Source: Vicugna vicugna
Taxonomy: Eukaryota
Length of the DNA: 64,000 nucleotides
Assembly (NCBI GenBank): GCA_013265495.1
Contig: MU057989.1
Location: forward strand, 1,815,513-1,879,512
Direction of reading: 5' to 3'
A program made the position numbers and the translations under genes. Positions 25,735-37,298 of this stretch are shown here, in pieces (position 1 is the first letter of the stretch; every line of letters begins with the position of its first letter). Below the pieces are notes generated by a model. The model did not search any database and had not been told where the DNA came from. It saw nothing but the letters and a program-made list of their open reading frames with translations.

Positions 25735-27243
25735 AAAAAAATTTTTAATTGAAGTTTAGTTAACTTACAGTGTTAGTTTTTGGTGTACAGCAGAGTAAGA
25801 TTCAGTTATACATACATATATATTTATATTCTTTTTAGATTCTTTTCCATTACAGGTTATTCTAATAACTATACAATAGGTCCTTGTTGTTTATCTGTTT
25901 TATATATAGTAGTATGTATTTGTTAATCCCAAATTCTTAATTTATCCCTCCCCTCTCTCCCCTTTGATAAGTTCGTTTTCTATGCGAGTCTGTTCTGTAA
26001 ATAAGTTCATTTGTGTCATTTTTTAAGATTCCACATACAAGTGATATCATATGATATTTGACTTTCTCTCTCTGACCTAACTTCACTCAATATGATAATC
26101 TCTAGGTCCATCCATGTTGCTGCAAATGGCATTATTTTACTCTTTTTTATGGCTGAGTAGTATTCCATTGTATAAATATACCACATCTTCTTTATCCAGT
26201 CATCTGTTGATGGACATTTAGGTTGCTTCCATGTCTTGGCTATTGTAAATAATGCTCCTATGAACACTGGGGCGCATGTATCTTTTTGAATTAGAGTTTT
26301 TGTCTTTTCCAGATATCTGCCCAGGAGTGGTGTTACTGAACCATATGGTAACTCTATTTTTAGTTTTTTAAGGAACCTCCATACTATTTTCTACAGTGCT
26401 GCACCAATTTACATTCTTACCAACAGTGTAGGAAGGTTCCCTTTTCTCCACAGCCCCTCCAGCATTTATCGTTTGTGGACTTTTGAATGATGGCCATTCT
26501 GACTGGCATGAGGTGATACCTCATTGTAGTTTTGATTTGCATTTCTCTGATAATTAGCGATATTAAGCATTTTTTCATGTGCCTATTGGCCATTTGTATG
26601 TCTTCTTTGGGGAAATGTCTGTTTAGGTCTTCTGCCCATTTTTCAATTGGGTTGTTTGTTTTTTGATATTGAGCTGTAAAAGCTATGTGTATGTTTTGGA
26701 AATTAGTCCCTTGTCAGTCACATCATTTGCAAGTACTTTTTCCCATTCCATAGGTTGTCTTTTTGTCTTGTTGTGGTATCCTTAGCTGTGCAAAAGCTTT
26801 TAAGTTTAATTAGGTAATATTTGTTCATTTTTGCTTTTATTTCCATTACTCTAGGAGACAGATCCAAAAAAATATTGCTACAATTTATGTTAAAGAATGT
26901 CCTGCCTATATTTTCTTCTAGGAATTTTAGAGTATCAGTCTTACATTTAGATCTTTAATCCATTTTGAGTTTTTTGTTGTTGTTGTTGTTGGGGATGGGT
27001 AATTAGGTTTCTTTCTTTATTATTTATTTACTTAATGGAGGTACTGACATTGAACCCAGGACCTCGTGCATGCTAAGCACATGCTCTACCACTGAGCCGT
27101 ACCTCCCCCCAAGTTTATTTTTGTATATGGTGTTAAAGAATGTTCTAATTCCATCTTTTTACATGTGGCTGTCCGATTTTCCTCCAACCACTTACTGATG
27201 AGACTGTCTTTTCTCTGTCATTATATTCTTGCCTCCTTTGTCC
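25735..27243 (-). mobile_element. L1 3' ~1.4 kb (ORF2 C-terminus plus 3' UTR), with a nested SINE
   Basis: ORF 26016..26267 [29 protein letters not shown]; approximate TSD tccaatatga(c/t)ttcttt. Confidence 0.93.
26969..27110 (-). mobile_element. Vic-1-type SINE nested in L1
   Basis: tRNA head reversed within L1 ORF2 sequence. Confidence 0.88.
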
Positions 27244-27599
27244 AATATGATTTCTTTATAGAAAATGATGGGCATTTCATTCTTTTTAGGGTAGTATCTA
27301 AGATCTTGGCTATGGTAGCCTTCCTTCCTCAGTCCACACTGGAGGAATCAACAGATAATTTGCATTTCCCAAAACAGGCAGTTCATTCTTTAAAGGCTTG
27401 CATCTACACATAAATAAGAATATCCCATATATATGACTGAAACAGTAGGCTCTACACCAGAAATTGGCACAACTATATAGTCAGTTGTAAACTGAATATA
27501 CTTCAATAAAAAAGAATGCAAAAAAAAAATCCACTCCCCCAAGATTTACCCTTAAAATGTCAGAACTTTTTTCTGAGTTTATTAAAAATGGGTTTTTGT

Positions 27600-27601
<2 letters not shown>

Positions 27602-27630
<29 letters not shown>
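27602..27630. repeat. (CA)n microsatellite
   Basis: Direct reading. Confidence 0.95.
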
Positions 27631-27632
<2 letters not shown>

Positions 27633-28043
27633 TAAACCCAGCCTATTTCTGGGACAGTGTGCAAGGATTTCGGTACAAGAAGATATGTAATAAGTTGAAC
27701 GAGTAACTTGTGAGATTGTGTTATCAGTATGATCTCATTTCTGTAATGTATTATCACAAATATACACAGAAAAAAAAGTAGGATACTTAACCAAAATGTC
27801 ACTGTTGAGCATCTGTGTAGAGGAGTTGTAAGTAATTTTATTTTCTTTGTAATTAAAAAAATTTAACAGTGACATAAATTTTGTAATCAAGAAATAAGTT
27901 CTTTTTTTAACTTAAAAAAAGTTTAAGACACATCAGGCTTCCTATCTCGATACAGTCATGCATGAGAATCGTATCTCACTGTAAAAGGGGTCACCTCCAG
28001 GGCGGTGCTCCTCTCTATGGTGTTAGAGCTATTGAAGAGACGT

Positions 28044-28166
28044 TTCTTTTTGGGGGGAGGGCGGTAACTAGGTTTATCTATTTATTTACAGAGGAGGTAC
28101 TGGGGATTGAACCCACGACCTCGTGCATGTTAAGCCCACACTGTACCATCTGAGCTATGCCCTCCC
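28044..28166 (-). mobile_element. Vic-1-type SINE
   Basis: tRNA head reversed. Confidence 0.88.
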
Positions 28167-28348
28167 TTGATGGCAGAACCACTGAAATGCGGGTTTTTCA
28201 GCAGCTAAATGTTTAGTCCCATTTCAGTGAAACACTTCATTTAGACATAAAATCTCACAGGAATACAGCCTGGCAGCAGCGTAGCTGTCTACTGACAGAG
28301 CTATTTGAATGTGTGACAGTAACAAGCGTCTGTGAAATGTATCTGCAG

Positions 28349-28439
28349 GTACGCTGGTGTCCTCCTGGGCATCACAAACACATTTGCCACCATCCCTGGT
28401 ATGGTCGGGCCCATCATCGCCAGAAGTCTGACCCCTGAG
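28349..28439 (+). CDS. SLC17A5: Sialin coding exon (exon 10 equivalent), [30 protein letters not shown]
   Basis: ctgcag|GTACGC ... CCTGAG|gtaagt; 91 bp; in frame. Confidence 0.96.
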
Positions 28440-28632
28440 GTAAGTGGACGGTTTGCCTATAAACTGAAAAACCAGTTCCTTTGAGGCTGCTCAGCTGTGT
28501 CAAAGTTGAGGGTAAAATTTTTCCATTAAGAGTAAAATTCTGAATGTTTATTCTTATGCAATTCTTTATAGCACCAAAAAGCTCCATACCTTACAGGGTA
28601 GGAAAGTATATTTTCAAGGAACATTCTATGGA

Positions 28633-28787
28633 TTTTATTTTGTCTTTTATTTGTCTGTTTGTTGTGTTTTTTTTAGGGGAGAAGTAATTAGGTTTATTTA
28701 TTTCTTAGTGGAGGTACTGGGGATGGAACCCAGGACCTCATGCGTGCTAAGCAGGCAGTCTGCCACTGAGCTATGCCTTCCCACCCC
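28633..28787 (-). mobile_element. Vic-1-type SINE
   Basis: tRNA head reversed. Confidence 0.88.
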
Positions 28788-29007
28788 TTTGGATTGTAGA
28801 CAGAACAACAACTAAGTTAAATGAAGACCTTGTAGCTGAAACCACACAAGTTCTTAAATGTTGTAATATTGTACGAAATAAATAACTTGTATCTTTGGTT
28901 TGAATGAATACCAATTGGGAATATAAGTTGGTGATGTAGAACTATTCAAGAAGCAGGTCCAGAAAAGTACCAGGAAATCATGTGTGAGTGAATAGGACCA
29001 GTTAGTG

Positions 29008-29164
29008 GTGGGGAGGGTATAGCTCAGTGATAGAGCGCTTAAACTTATTAGCATGCATGAGGTCCTGGGTTCAATCCCCAGCACCTCCATTTAAATGAAT
29101 GAATGAATAAATAACTCTACCTCCCCACCAAAAATACAAAACAAACAAACAACGACAACAAAAA
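29008..29164 (+). mobile_element. Vic-1-type SINE
   Basis: tRNA head; TSD aataggaccagtt. Confidence 0.9.
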
Positions 29165-29385
29165 TAGGACCAGTTGGAGTAATGGAGAATGTTTCCAGGA
29201 GAAGACTTGGGGAGACATTTGGGTGTCTTCACGTAGTTGAAAGATGGTGACTTTTTCTCAGCAGCTCCACAAAGACAGATGCAGAGAAGTTTCAAGGAGA
29301 CAGCCAGCGAGTTTTCTGCTTAGAGCTGTCAGTGTGTGGAATGGGCTGCCTGACGAGTTAGTGAGCCCTGAAATAGTCCAGCATG
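29165..29385 (+). mobile_element. L3/CR1 3' region fragment
   Basis: ttagagctgtcagtgtgtggaatgggctgcctgacgagttagtgagc resembles the L3 3' end. Confidence 0.55.
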
Positions 29386-29742
29386 CATTCAACTGGCATT
29401 TCTCCAGTGTTTATCAACCTGACAGGTTCTGAGGATTCGGGGGTGAAATGACAGGGTCCTGCCTTTGAGAAACTCGCCGTTTAGAGATTACAGGTAGTGA
29501 AAAGTGCAGTGTGACAAAAAGCTGCAGGAAAAAAGTGTGCAGTGTGCTGTGGGCTACAGAGGAGGGAACAGCCAGTTTGGGTGGCAGGGGCCGGGAGGAC
29601 TGAGCTGGGGGTGTGGGAAGGGCCGGTGCCGGGAAGAGGCCCCAGAGACGCGGGATCCGGGGCTGGTCGCCTGACCGTGGGAGGAAGCTGGGGCCAGGTC
29701 TCCAAGCAGAGACTGAGTTATTATGTAAGAAATGGAGTTCTA

Positions 29743-29894
29743 GGAGGGGGAGGGTATGTATAGCTCAGTGGTAGAGCTCATGCCTAGCACGCACGAGGTC
29801 CTGGGTTCAATCCCCAGTGCCTCCATTAAAATAAGTAAATAAATTAACAAACTTAATTACCCCACACACACAAAAAAAATAGGAAGAAAAAGAA
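29743..29894 (+). mobile_element. Vic-1-type SINE
   Basis: tRNA head; TSD aagaaatg(g/a)agttc. Confidence 0.9.
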
Positions 29895-30423
29895 ATGAAG
29901 TTCAGTGGCCTCAAAGGCCTTTTGCAGCGCCAGCTTTCTCCTGTGTAAGAAGATCTGAAAGACTGGTGAAATGCATTGTTAAACTTCCAAGAGACTTGAT
30001 TTTCTCTCTGTTCTGTTTGTTCTGTGATGAAACTAGTACTGTCTAATCCTCAGCACGGCAGGGCAGGCTTACGAACTTCCTTGTTACCAAATACACTGAC
30101 TTCCGAGGGGCGTGAGCTCGCTGCTGGCGGCGCCCCCCACGCCTGATTCCTCGCTCAGCTCAATCAGGACCCCCGCGTTGGGACTTGCTCTCGCCTCATG
30201 CGAGGGGGCGGGGAAAGCTTTCTTCTAAAACCCTGCGGCCCGGTGCGGTCACGTCACGAATGTTAGCCTTGTCCTCGTGGAGCTTTGTGACCCGAACCCA
30301 AGTCAGCGCGCAGTCATGGGGGACTGCACTTCTGGGAATGGGCGGACTCCTGAACTGAAGCCCTGAACGTTTGTCCAGTGTGAGCAACTGGATTCCAGAT
30401 ACGTTATTAAAAAGGCCATTACT

Positions 30424-30547
30424 GGAGGGGGTGGGGTACAGCTCAGTGGTGGAGCATGTGCTTAGCATGCACACGGTCCTAGGTTCAATCCCCAGTGCCT
30501 CCATTAAAAACAAAAAAAGACAAGAAAAAGGGGAAAATACAAAATTT
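30424..30547 (+). mobile_element. Vic-1-type SINE (host of an inverted nested copy)
   Basis: tRNA head; outer TSD attaaaa(a)ggcc. Confidence 0.88.
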
Positions 30548-30559
30548 TAAGGTTTTAAA

Positions 30560-30701
30560 TTTATTTTATTTTTATTATTTTTTAGGGGAGGGTAGTTAGG
30601 TTTACTTATTTTATTTATTTTTAGAGGAGGAACTGGGGACTGAACCCAGGACCTTGTGTGTGCTAAGCATATGCTCTGCCACTTGAGTTATACTCTCCCC
30701 A
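30560..30701 (-). mobile_element. Vic-1-type SINE inserted in the tail of the previous copy
   Basis: TSD taa(g/a)gttttaaa at 30548-30559 and 30703-30714. Confidence 0.88.
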
Positions 30702-31407
30702 CTAAAGTTTTAAAAAATAATAATAATTAAAAGGCCGCTTTTTTTTTTAAAGCAAAAACACTCTTGCCTTTACAATTGTTAACTGTTGACAAAGTTCACT
30801 GCACAGCCTCAGAAACTTTGTGGAATGAGTTAGAGAGTGAAATAAAAAGCAAAGTGTGTCTGAGGTTCAACTCTGTTACCAACAAAACAGCGTTCTCTAA
30901 AAACTGGTGGAATTTCTGTTAAAATGCAAACCAGGAGCTCTGTGCCATCTCTGGTACAACTGATTGATTTTTAAGTCACCCGTTGCCTCCAAATAACACT
31001 GAGGTCTTATTCGCCCTGTGCCTCACACAGGGCAGCCTTGTTTGAGATCCTGTCTGTCTGGTGCATGATGTAATTCCCCATGGACTCCTCCTGCCGGATG
31101 GGGACACATTGTTGACGTATCTAAATGCGCCTAAAGTTTAAGATGGATTTCTAAGATTTTTTTTTTCACCAAAATACCTTCATCTCAGCTAAGTATAATT
31201 AACCACAGAGTGCACCTTTCTCATCCACGTTTTTCCTATTTCCTAAATAAATGACCGCACGCCAGCTGCCAGGTGCCTCTCTTTTTTTAATTCCTTATTA
31301 CCAGTTCTACTGCTGGGTTTTTTTCCTTTTCTTAAGCGCTGCAAGTCTAGCACTCTGGTTATGCTGAAACAGTAAAAAAAGAATTTTTAATTAAAAAAAA
31401 AATGTTG

Positions 31408-31530
31408 TGGGTGGGAAGGGTATAGCTGAGGGCCTGCTTAGCAAAAACAGGGTCCTGGGTTCAATCCCCAGTACCTGCATTCAGTCAATCAGTCAATCAA
31501 TCAACCTAATTACCTCCCAAAAAGAAAAAA
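31408..31530 (+). mobile_element. Vic-1-type SINE (degenerate)
   Basis: gggtatagct...ggtcctgggttcaatccccagtacc. Confidence 0.82.
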
Positions 31531-31947
31531 ATTTTTTTTTAATTTTTTTAAGGTTGTTAATGTTAGTCACATGACCCAGAGCTTTCGATACTGCCTGATA
31601 ACTTTTATGCCAGTGGATCGCACGCCGTGTCTGGTGGGTCTCCTGCTGCCAGTCCCAGCCGCACCTGTGCTGTGTGCCATTCAGGAGCCCTGCCGGTCTT
31701 TCTGGCCAGGCCCCAGGCTTGAACTTCAGAGTCCTTCTTAACTCATCCTTCCTTGATCTGCCCCTGACCCCTCCCACTCCAAGAACCTGGGGGATGATAT
31801 ACAGGCACAATACTAATACTTTCCTGGTAACACAGTTCAGTGACATGCCAGTGCTTTATTTTTAGTAAACTTTTTATTGAAGTATAACATGCATTTAAAA
31901 AAATTTTTTTCTTTCCTTTTTTTTAATGTTTACTAAGCAACTATTTA

Positions 31948-32077
31948 ATTTTTTGAGGGGGTGTAGGTAATTAGGTTTAGTTATTTTTTAGTTTTCAGTG
32001 GAGGTACTGAGGATTGAATTCAGGATCTCCTGCATGCTAAGCACAGACTCTACCACTGAACTATACACCTGCCACCC
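31948..32077 (-). mobile_element. Vic-1-type SINE
   Basis: tRNA head reversed. Confidence 0.85.
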
Positions 32078-32085
32078 AGACATGC

Positions 32086-32435
32086 ATTTTTTTTTCTTTT
32101 TTTAAATTGAAGTATAGTCAGTTTATAATGTTGCATCAATTCCTGGTGTACAGCGTAGTGTTTCATTCATACATATTCATACATATATTTGTTTCCATAT
32201 TCCTTTTCAGTATAGGTTATTACAAGATATTGAATATAGTTCACCATGCTATACAGTAGGACCTTGTTGCTTATCTATTTTATATATAGTAGTTAGTATC
32301 TGCAAATCCTGAGCTCCCAATTTATCCCTTCCACCCTGTTTCCTCCTGGGTAACCATAAATTTGTTCTCTGTGTCCGTGAGTCTGTCTCTGTTTTGTAAA
32401 TAAATTCATTTGTGTCTTTATTTTTCTAGATTCCA
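32086..32435 (-). mobile_element. L1 3' UTR fragment
   Basis: attgaagtatagtcagttt...gatattgaatatagtt...gtaaccataaatttgtt. Confidence 0.88.
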
Positions 32436-32439
32436 CCAA

Positions 32440-32860
32440 TCACACATTTTTTAAATGCACAAATTCTGAGTACATAGTGGGCAAATTTTCACTAAGTTAA
32501 TACATCCATGTAATCAGCCCCTAGTTGAGAAACAATGTTATGTCCCTTGCAAAGCCCCCAGGTGCCCCTTCCTTTATCACTCACCCTCAACCAGGAGCAA
32601 CCACAGCCCTGACCTCTAACACTGTAGATTAGTTTTGTCTGAATAGGGCTTTATATCAACTGTCTGGTGTGTTCTCATTCGCGTCTGGCTTCTTTGGCTT
32701 CACATGTCTGTGAGCTCTGTCTGTGTTGGCGTAGCTCCTTCTTCACTGCTGTGTAGTATTCCAATGAACAGATATGCTGCAGTCTCACGGCTGAGGGACA
32801 TTCAGGTTGTTTTCAGCATGAGGCCTTTATGAAGAATGCTGCCCTTGTGTAACAGTCTTG
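32440..32860 (-). mobile_element. Old L1M fragment
   Basis: tagattagttttgtct...tctggcttcttt...tgctgtgtagtattcca. Confidence 0.65.
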
Positions 32861-32937
32861 TGACACCACCTTTCTTATAAAGTGGATTACAAGCTAAATC
32901 GTTTTTCATTGTTTTTTTTTTCCTTGCTTCTCTGCAG

Positions 32938-33090
32938 AACACTATCAGAGAATGGCAAACTGTTTTCTGCATCGCTGCTACTATTAATGTATTTGGTGCC
33001 ATTTTATTCACACTGTTTGCCAAAGGTGAAGTACAGACCTGGGCTGTCAGTGATCACCGTGGACACAAAACCGAAGGAACCAATAAATAA
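32938..33090 (+). CDS. SLC17A5: Sialin last coding exon (exon 11 equivalent), [50 protein letters not shown]
   Basis: ctgcag|AACACT; family motif GEVQxW; first in-frame stop TAA at 33088-33090. Confidence 0.94.
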   Translation, partial: NTIREWQTVFCIAATINVFGAILFTLFAKGEVQTWAVSDHRGHKTEGTNK

Positions 33091-34285
33091 TCCTGTCTGC
33101 TTTCATGTATTTTTGTTCATCATGTAACCTAAAAGTGCCTTTGATATTTTAATGTGTAAGCAATCTGTATACAAAGAAAAAATTGTACTGTATTAAATTT
33201 TTAAGGCTGTAATCATGAAATGTCATGAGTTGTCAGATTAGTAAAATTAGCTATTTTTAATTATTAATAACATGTTGGCTGGAACTTGCACTTTAGGGTC
33301 ACATACCTGGCTACGGGTCAGGCCACCTGAAGTCAGGCAGTCCTGTTTATTTTTAAGCACTATACTTAAAGGGATGAGCTGAAATGGACCCTGTATTCCT
33401 TTGCTTAATGAAACTAGATAATAATTCTCAGGTCTTGGCAAACACCCACTTTTGTTCACATTCCTCATAAAAATTGCTGGTGGTCAGCGACCCCTGTCAT
33501 TTGAGCATCTCCACAGAGCTGCCAGCCACGGGTTCACTCGGCCCGGCTACTGCGCAGAGAGCGGCACGCCCTCCGGGGCTGCAGGGGCGGCGCCCGGCGT
33601 GTGTGAGAGGCGGCGTCCAGGGCCGGGGCTGGCGCCACGGCTTTGGATGGTGTTCTCCCCCGGGGGCTGTCAGGGTGGACGAGGTCCCGGGCCGGCCGGG
33701 AGCAGCTCGGTCCACAGCCACAGCCTCCTCGCGCCCTCACGCTTCCCCTTCCCAGCACACTGGTTGTCGCCTGGCGTGTAACCTGTAGAGACAGGGTGAC
33801 ACCCAGTTAGCCAGAAATAACGTCGCCCTTGATCAGACTGGCTGTCACATAGGTCAGAGGCTACGTTCTCAAGTCCTGTGTTCTACAAGCTACACCAGAG
33901 TAAGTTAAAAAAAAAAAAAAAAACACAGTTTCCTCTGTCTTACATGTGTCTGATTGTTGTTCAGGATTAAAGTGATGTTGACTTCTACTTCGCCTGTGAC
34001 CAGTGGTGTAATCATCTTTTTGTCCGGTTTTTTTTCCTGGACCGTCCGTCTTCCAGTGGTTTTGAGCACGCTTTTGAGGGCATTTATGTGATTTAGAACT
34101 TGATTTTTCGTTGTGTTTGTTCAACACTACCTGTAACATGTTAACTAAAGCTATTTAATGAAACATGATGTGTATACATTTCTATAAATTTATTTTTAAA
34201 TCTGTAAATAGCTTTACGTTGCTATGGTGATATTTCTTTTATAAATCATCACAATAAACCTTTTTGGATCGATTTTTGGATCTGA
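33091..34285 (+). other. SLC17A5: SLC17A5 3' UTR (end approximate)
   Basis: Follows the stop codon; AU-rich segments; ends after AATAAA at 34253 with downstream T/GT-rich sequence. Confidence 0.7.
34253..34258 (+). terminator. Polyadenylation signal AATAAA
   Basis: acAATAAAcc, with upstream TGTA elements and downstream tttctgtgatgtcttctggtgt. Confidence 0.7.
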
Positions 34286-34800
34286 CATTTCTGTGATGTC
34301 TTCTGGTGTCCAGGGTGGCTGTTTCACACCGTTCCTACCATCCTCCCCAAACCGCCAACCTACGTGCGCCTCCGCCACTCCCGGCTGGGAGACGTGGGCC
34401 GTGGGGGTGATGCGGCATCAGAAACCTCTCCCGCTTCCTGCTAACAGCACACGCCTGCATCTCCGGTTATCCTCTCTCCACCTCCTCTGGACCCCACTTC
34501 AGAAAGTCCTCTTCAGTTTGCTTCCCGAAGGGCTTTCTCTCTTCCTGTTATCTCTCTTCTGTCGCAAATACGCATGAGCCTTCTCTAGCCTTTCATGAAC
34601 AAAAATACACAATTCTTCGGGGGGCATAAAAACACGCATGTATACAGAATATCTCTAGAATGACACCTGAGAAGCCGGGAAACAGTGTTCCCTCTGGAGA
34701 GAAAACAGGCAAGCAGGGGTGGGAAGGAGAATTCATTCACCTTACCAAATGTGGCAGCGTAACCCAGCCTAAGAAAAACTAAAAAAACAAAATGGGGTGT

Positions 34801-34922
34801 GGGGGAGGGTGTAGCTCAGTGGTATAGTGTGCGCTTAGCACGCACGAGGTCCTGGGTTGAATCCCCAGAACCTCTGTTAAATAAGTAAATAAATAAACCT
34901 AATTACCCCCCCCCCAAAAAAA
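34801..34922 (+). mobile_element. Vic-1-type SINE
   Basis: tRNA head and tail. Confidence 0.88.
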
Positions 34923-36178
34923 TCCCCAAAATCTGTTCCTTAAGCTTCTGTGTAATCACCACCAGGTTTCCCACTGCCCTCTGGACATCCCCAGCAAGGT
35001 GTCTTAACCGCACCTGAGCCCTGTTTAAATCCACCCGCGATAAAACCAGTGGTTCTTGCCACCTCCTGCTAAGAGTTTCATTCCACTACCCCCCCATCCC
35101 CCACCTAGGCTCTGACTGGGAGTCTATTTTATTCCTCCTCCCTGGGCTCCCATCCACCCTCAACCCTGTGTATGATTAACTACCTGTCTTTTCCACTCCA
35201 GTTTTTTAAAGCCTCTGGAAATTTAAAAAAAATTGTCCTTCTGCCCATCCCCTAAATTCCATCTTTAGGGCTTTTGTTTCCACCTGGAACAGAACAGTTA
35301 AGTGTTCTCACTGCCTTCAGTCTGGCCCTCTTCTATCCGACTCTCTACGGTTCTGGGTTCCTGGTGCCAGTACGTCCCATCTCCCTACTCGGGATGTGTA
35401 ACACCGTGAGCCCCCCCAGGAAACCCACTACTCAGCAGCCAGCCCTCCCCGCCTGGGCCCCACCTGCTCCAGCCTCATCTCCCACACCCTGGTGCAGCTA
35501 TATCTGGGTACTTGCCCCTCCGTTTCCCCCCAGCCCTGCGCCCCCATTTCCAGCCCCTCCCCGCTTCCCCTCCCCCAGCCTACCTTTGCTAACTCCATCC
35601 CTTGGTCCCCTGAGGTTGTGTTTTGTCCCCATCTCCTCCAAGACCCTTGATCTCTTCCACCCTCCCTGCCCTGGACATGGGCTCTTCCTCTGATCCACAG
35701 AAACACCGTGTGATTTATTAATTGTGAGGTTTTTCTCTGTTTGAAGCTGGAGAACTCGGGCTCAGTTATGAGGAAGAGATTATTCAATCATTCAACAAAT
35801 ATGAACATCTACTCTTTGCTGGACAGTAAGGATACGGATGTGTGTCTGGCGTGATCCTTCCCCTCCTGGAGGCCCCACCACCACCACCACCTGAAGGGCT
35901 CAGGCAGGCTCCCTGAGCCCCTGGCTCCTACCCGGCCCTCTCTGTAGGATACACAGGACTGGTGTCTGCTTCTGTCTCCCTGTCAGATTCACCACAGGCA
36001 TCCTGTTTGATTAATCTCGGCACGGTCCCCCTCATAACAATACATGCAATGTCTCAACATTTTAGTTGCTTAATAGATATTTAGTAAACAACTCTTTGTT
36101 AAATGAGCTATAATTTGCATTATCTCCTACATTGTTTTTTTCAATAGGGTATTTCTTCTCAAAAAAGAAGTAAATAAT

Positions 36179-36316
36179 GGAGGGGAGGGTATAGCTCAGT
36201 GGTAGAGCACATGCTTAGCTTGCGCGAGGTCCTGGGTTCACTCCCCAGTACCTCCTCTAAAAATAAATAAACAAACTTAGTTACCACCCCCACCAAAAAA
36301 CAAAAATTAAAAAAAA
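36179..36316 (+). mobile_element. Vic-1-type SINE
   Basis: tRNA head and tail. Confidence 0.9.
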
Positions 36317-36558
36317 GAATGACATGCTAACCTCAAAGTAAGTTATAAGCGGCAGTTATTGGTAAATGGTTTTGAAAGTGTTTGAGAATAGCCTAGTTCA
36401 ATATTAGCAAAGGACTTACCCTCGAAGTTAGGCAACAAATATTTACCCAGCGTTCATCACGGGCCAGGCTTGGTTCTCTGCACCTGGCATACAGCAGGGA
36501 AAAAAGCAAACCCCTTTTCTCATGGGGCTTACATTCTGATTTATCAAATCTTTTGCTT

Positions 36559-36652
36559 GGGGAGAGGGTATATAGCGTAGTAGTACAGAGCATGCTTAGC
36601 ATATGTGAGGTCCTGGGTTCAATCCCCAGTACCTCCGTTTAAAGAAACAAAC
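36559..36652 (+). mobile_element. Vic-1-type SINE
   Basis: tRNA head. Confidence 0.85.
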
Positions 36653-36984
36653 AGACTTTTCCTTCACAGGATCCAGGCTTTGAAACTCTCTGTTTAAGAC
36701 GTCATTATCTACCCAACAATCAAGTCCAGGGAACTGAGCTGTTAAGTGACCTTGAGAGCCAGAGTTACAAAAGAAACCAGGACAAACGCTGAAGTCAGCA
36801 GTCTGTATTAACCATCATCATCTTCTCCTTACTCCACCCTTTGTTTCATATTCAAAAAAATCAGAAATAGAGGTGTCTGAACATAGGCCCTACAGTGAAG
36901 GAAATAATCTAATCTCTCCGAGGGCGGTTTATCATTGTTCAAAATAAAATTCCCCCAACATAAAGATATTGATGGAGCATTTAC

Positions 36985-37298
36985 TTTTTTTTTAATAGAC
37001 TTTTTTTTTAAGAGCAGTTTCAGGTTTATAGGAGAATTGAATAGAAAATACAGAGTTCCCACATAGCCCTCCCCATCCACACATATGTACTCCCCTACCC
37101 TCCACATCCCTCATCAGTGTGGCATATTTGGTACAATCAATGAATCAACATGGGCACATTATTATCAACCAAATTCCATAGTTTACATTAGGTTTTACTC
37201 TCGATGTACATTCTATGGGTTTGGACAAACGCATAATGACATGTAGCCACCACTATAGTGTCATACAGAATAATTCCTTTGCCCTAAAAATCCCTTGT
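36985..37298 (-). mobile_element. Old L1M 3' terminal fragment
   Basis: agagcagtttcaggtttatagg...tacagagttccc; approximate TSD gatgg(a/g)gcatttacttt. Confidence 0.8.

Noticed and set aside
21630..29945. One continuous L3 element spanning exon 10
   Set aside because: Exon 10 is an ancient conserved SLC17 exon, so the L3-like pieces on either side are better explained as separate insertions.
32882..33127. 81-aa ORF over the last exon
   Set aside because: Different frame from the spliced sialin frame; no recognisable protein.
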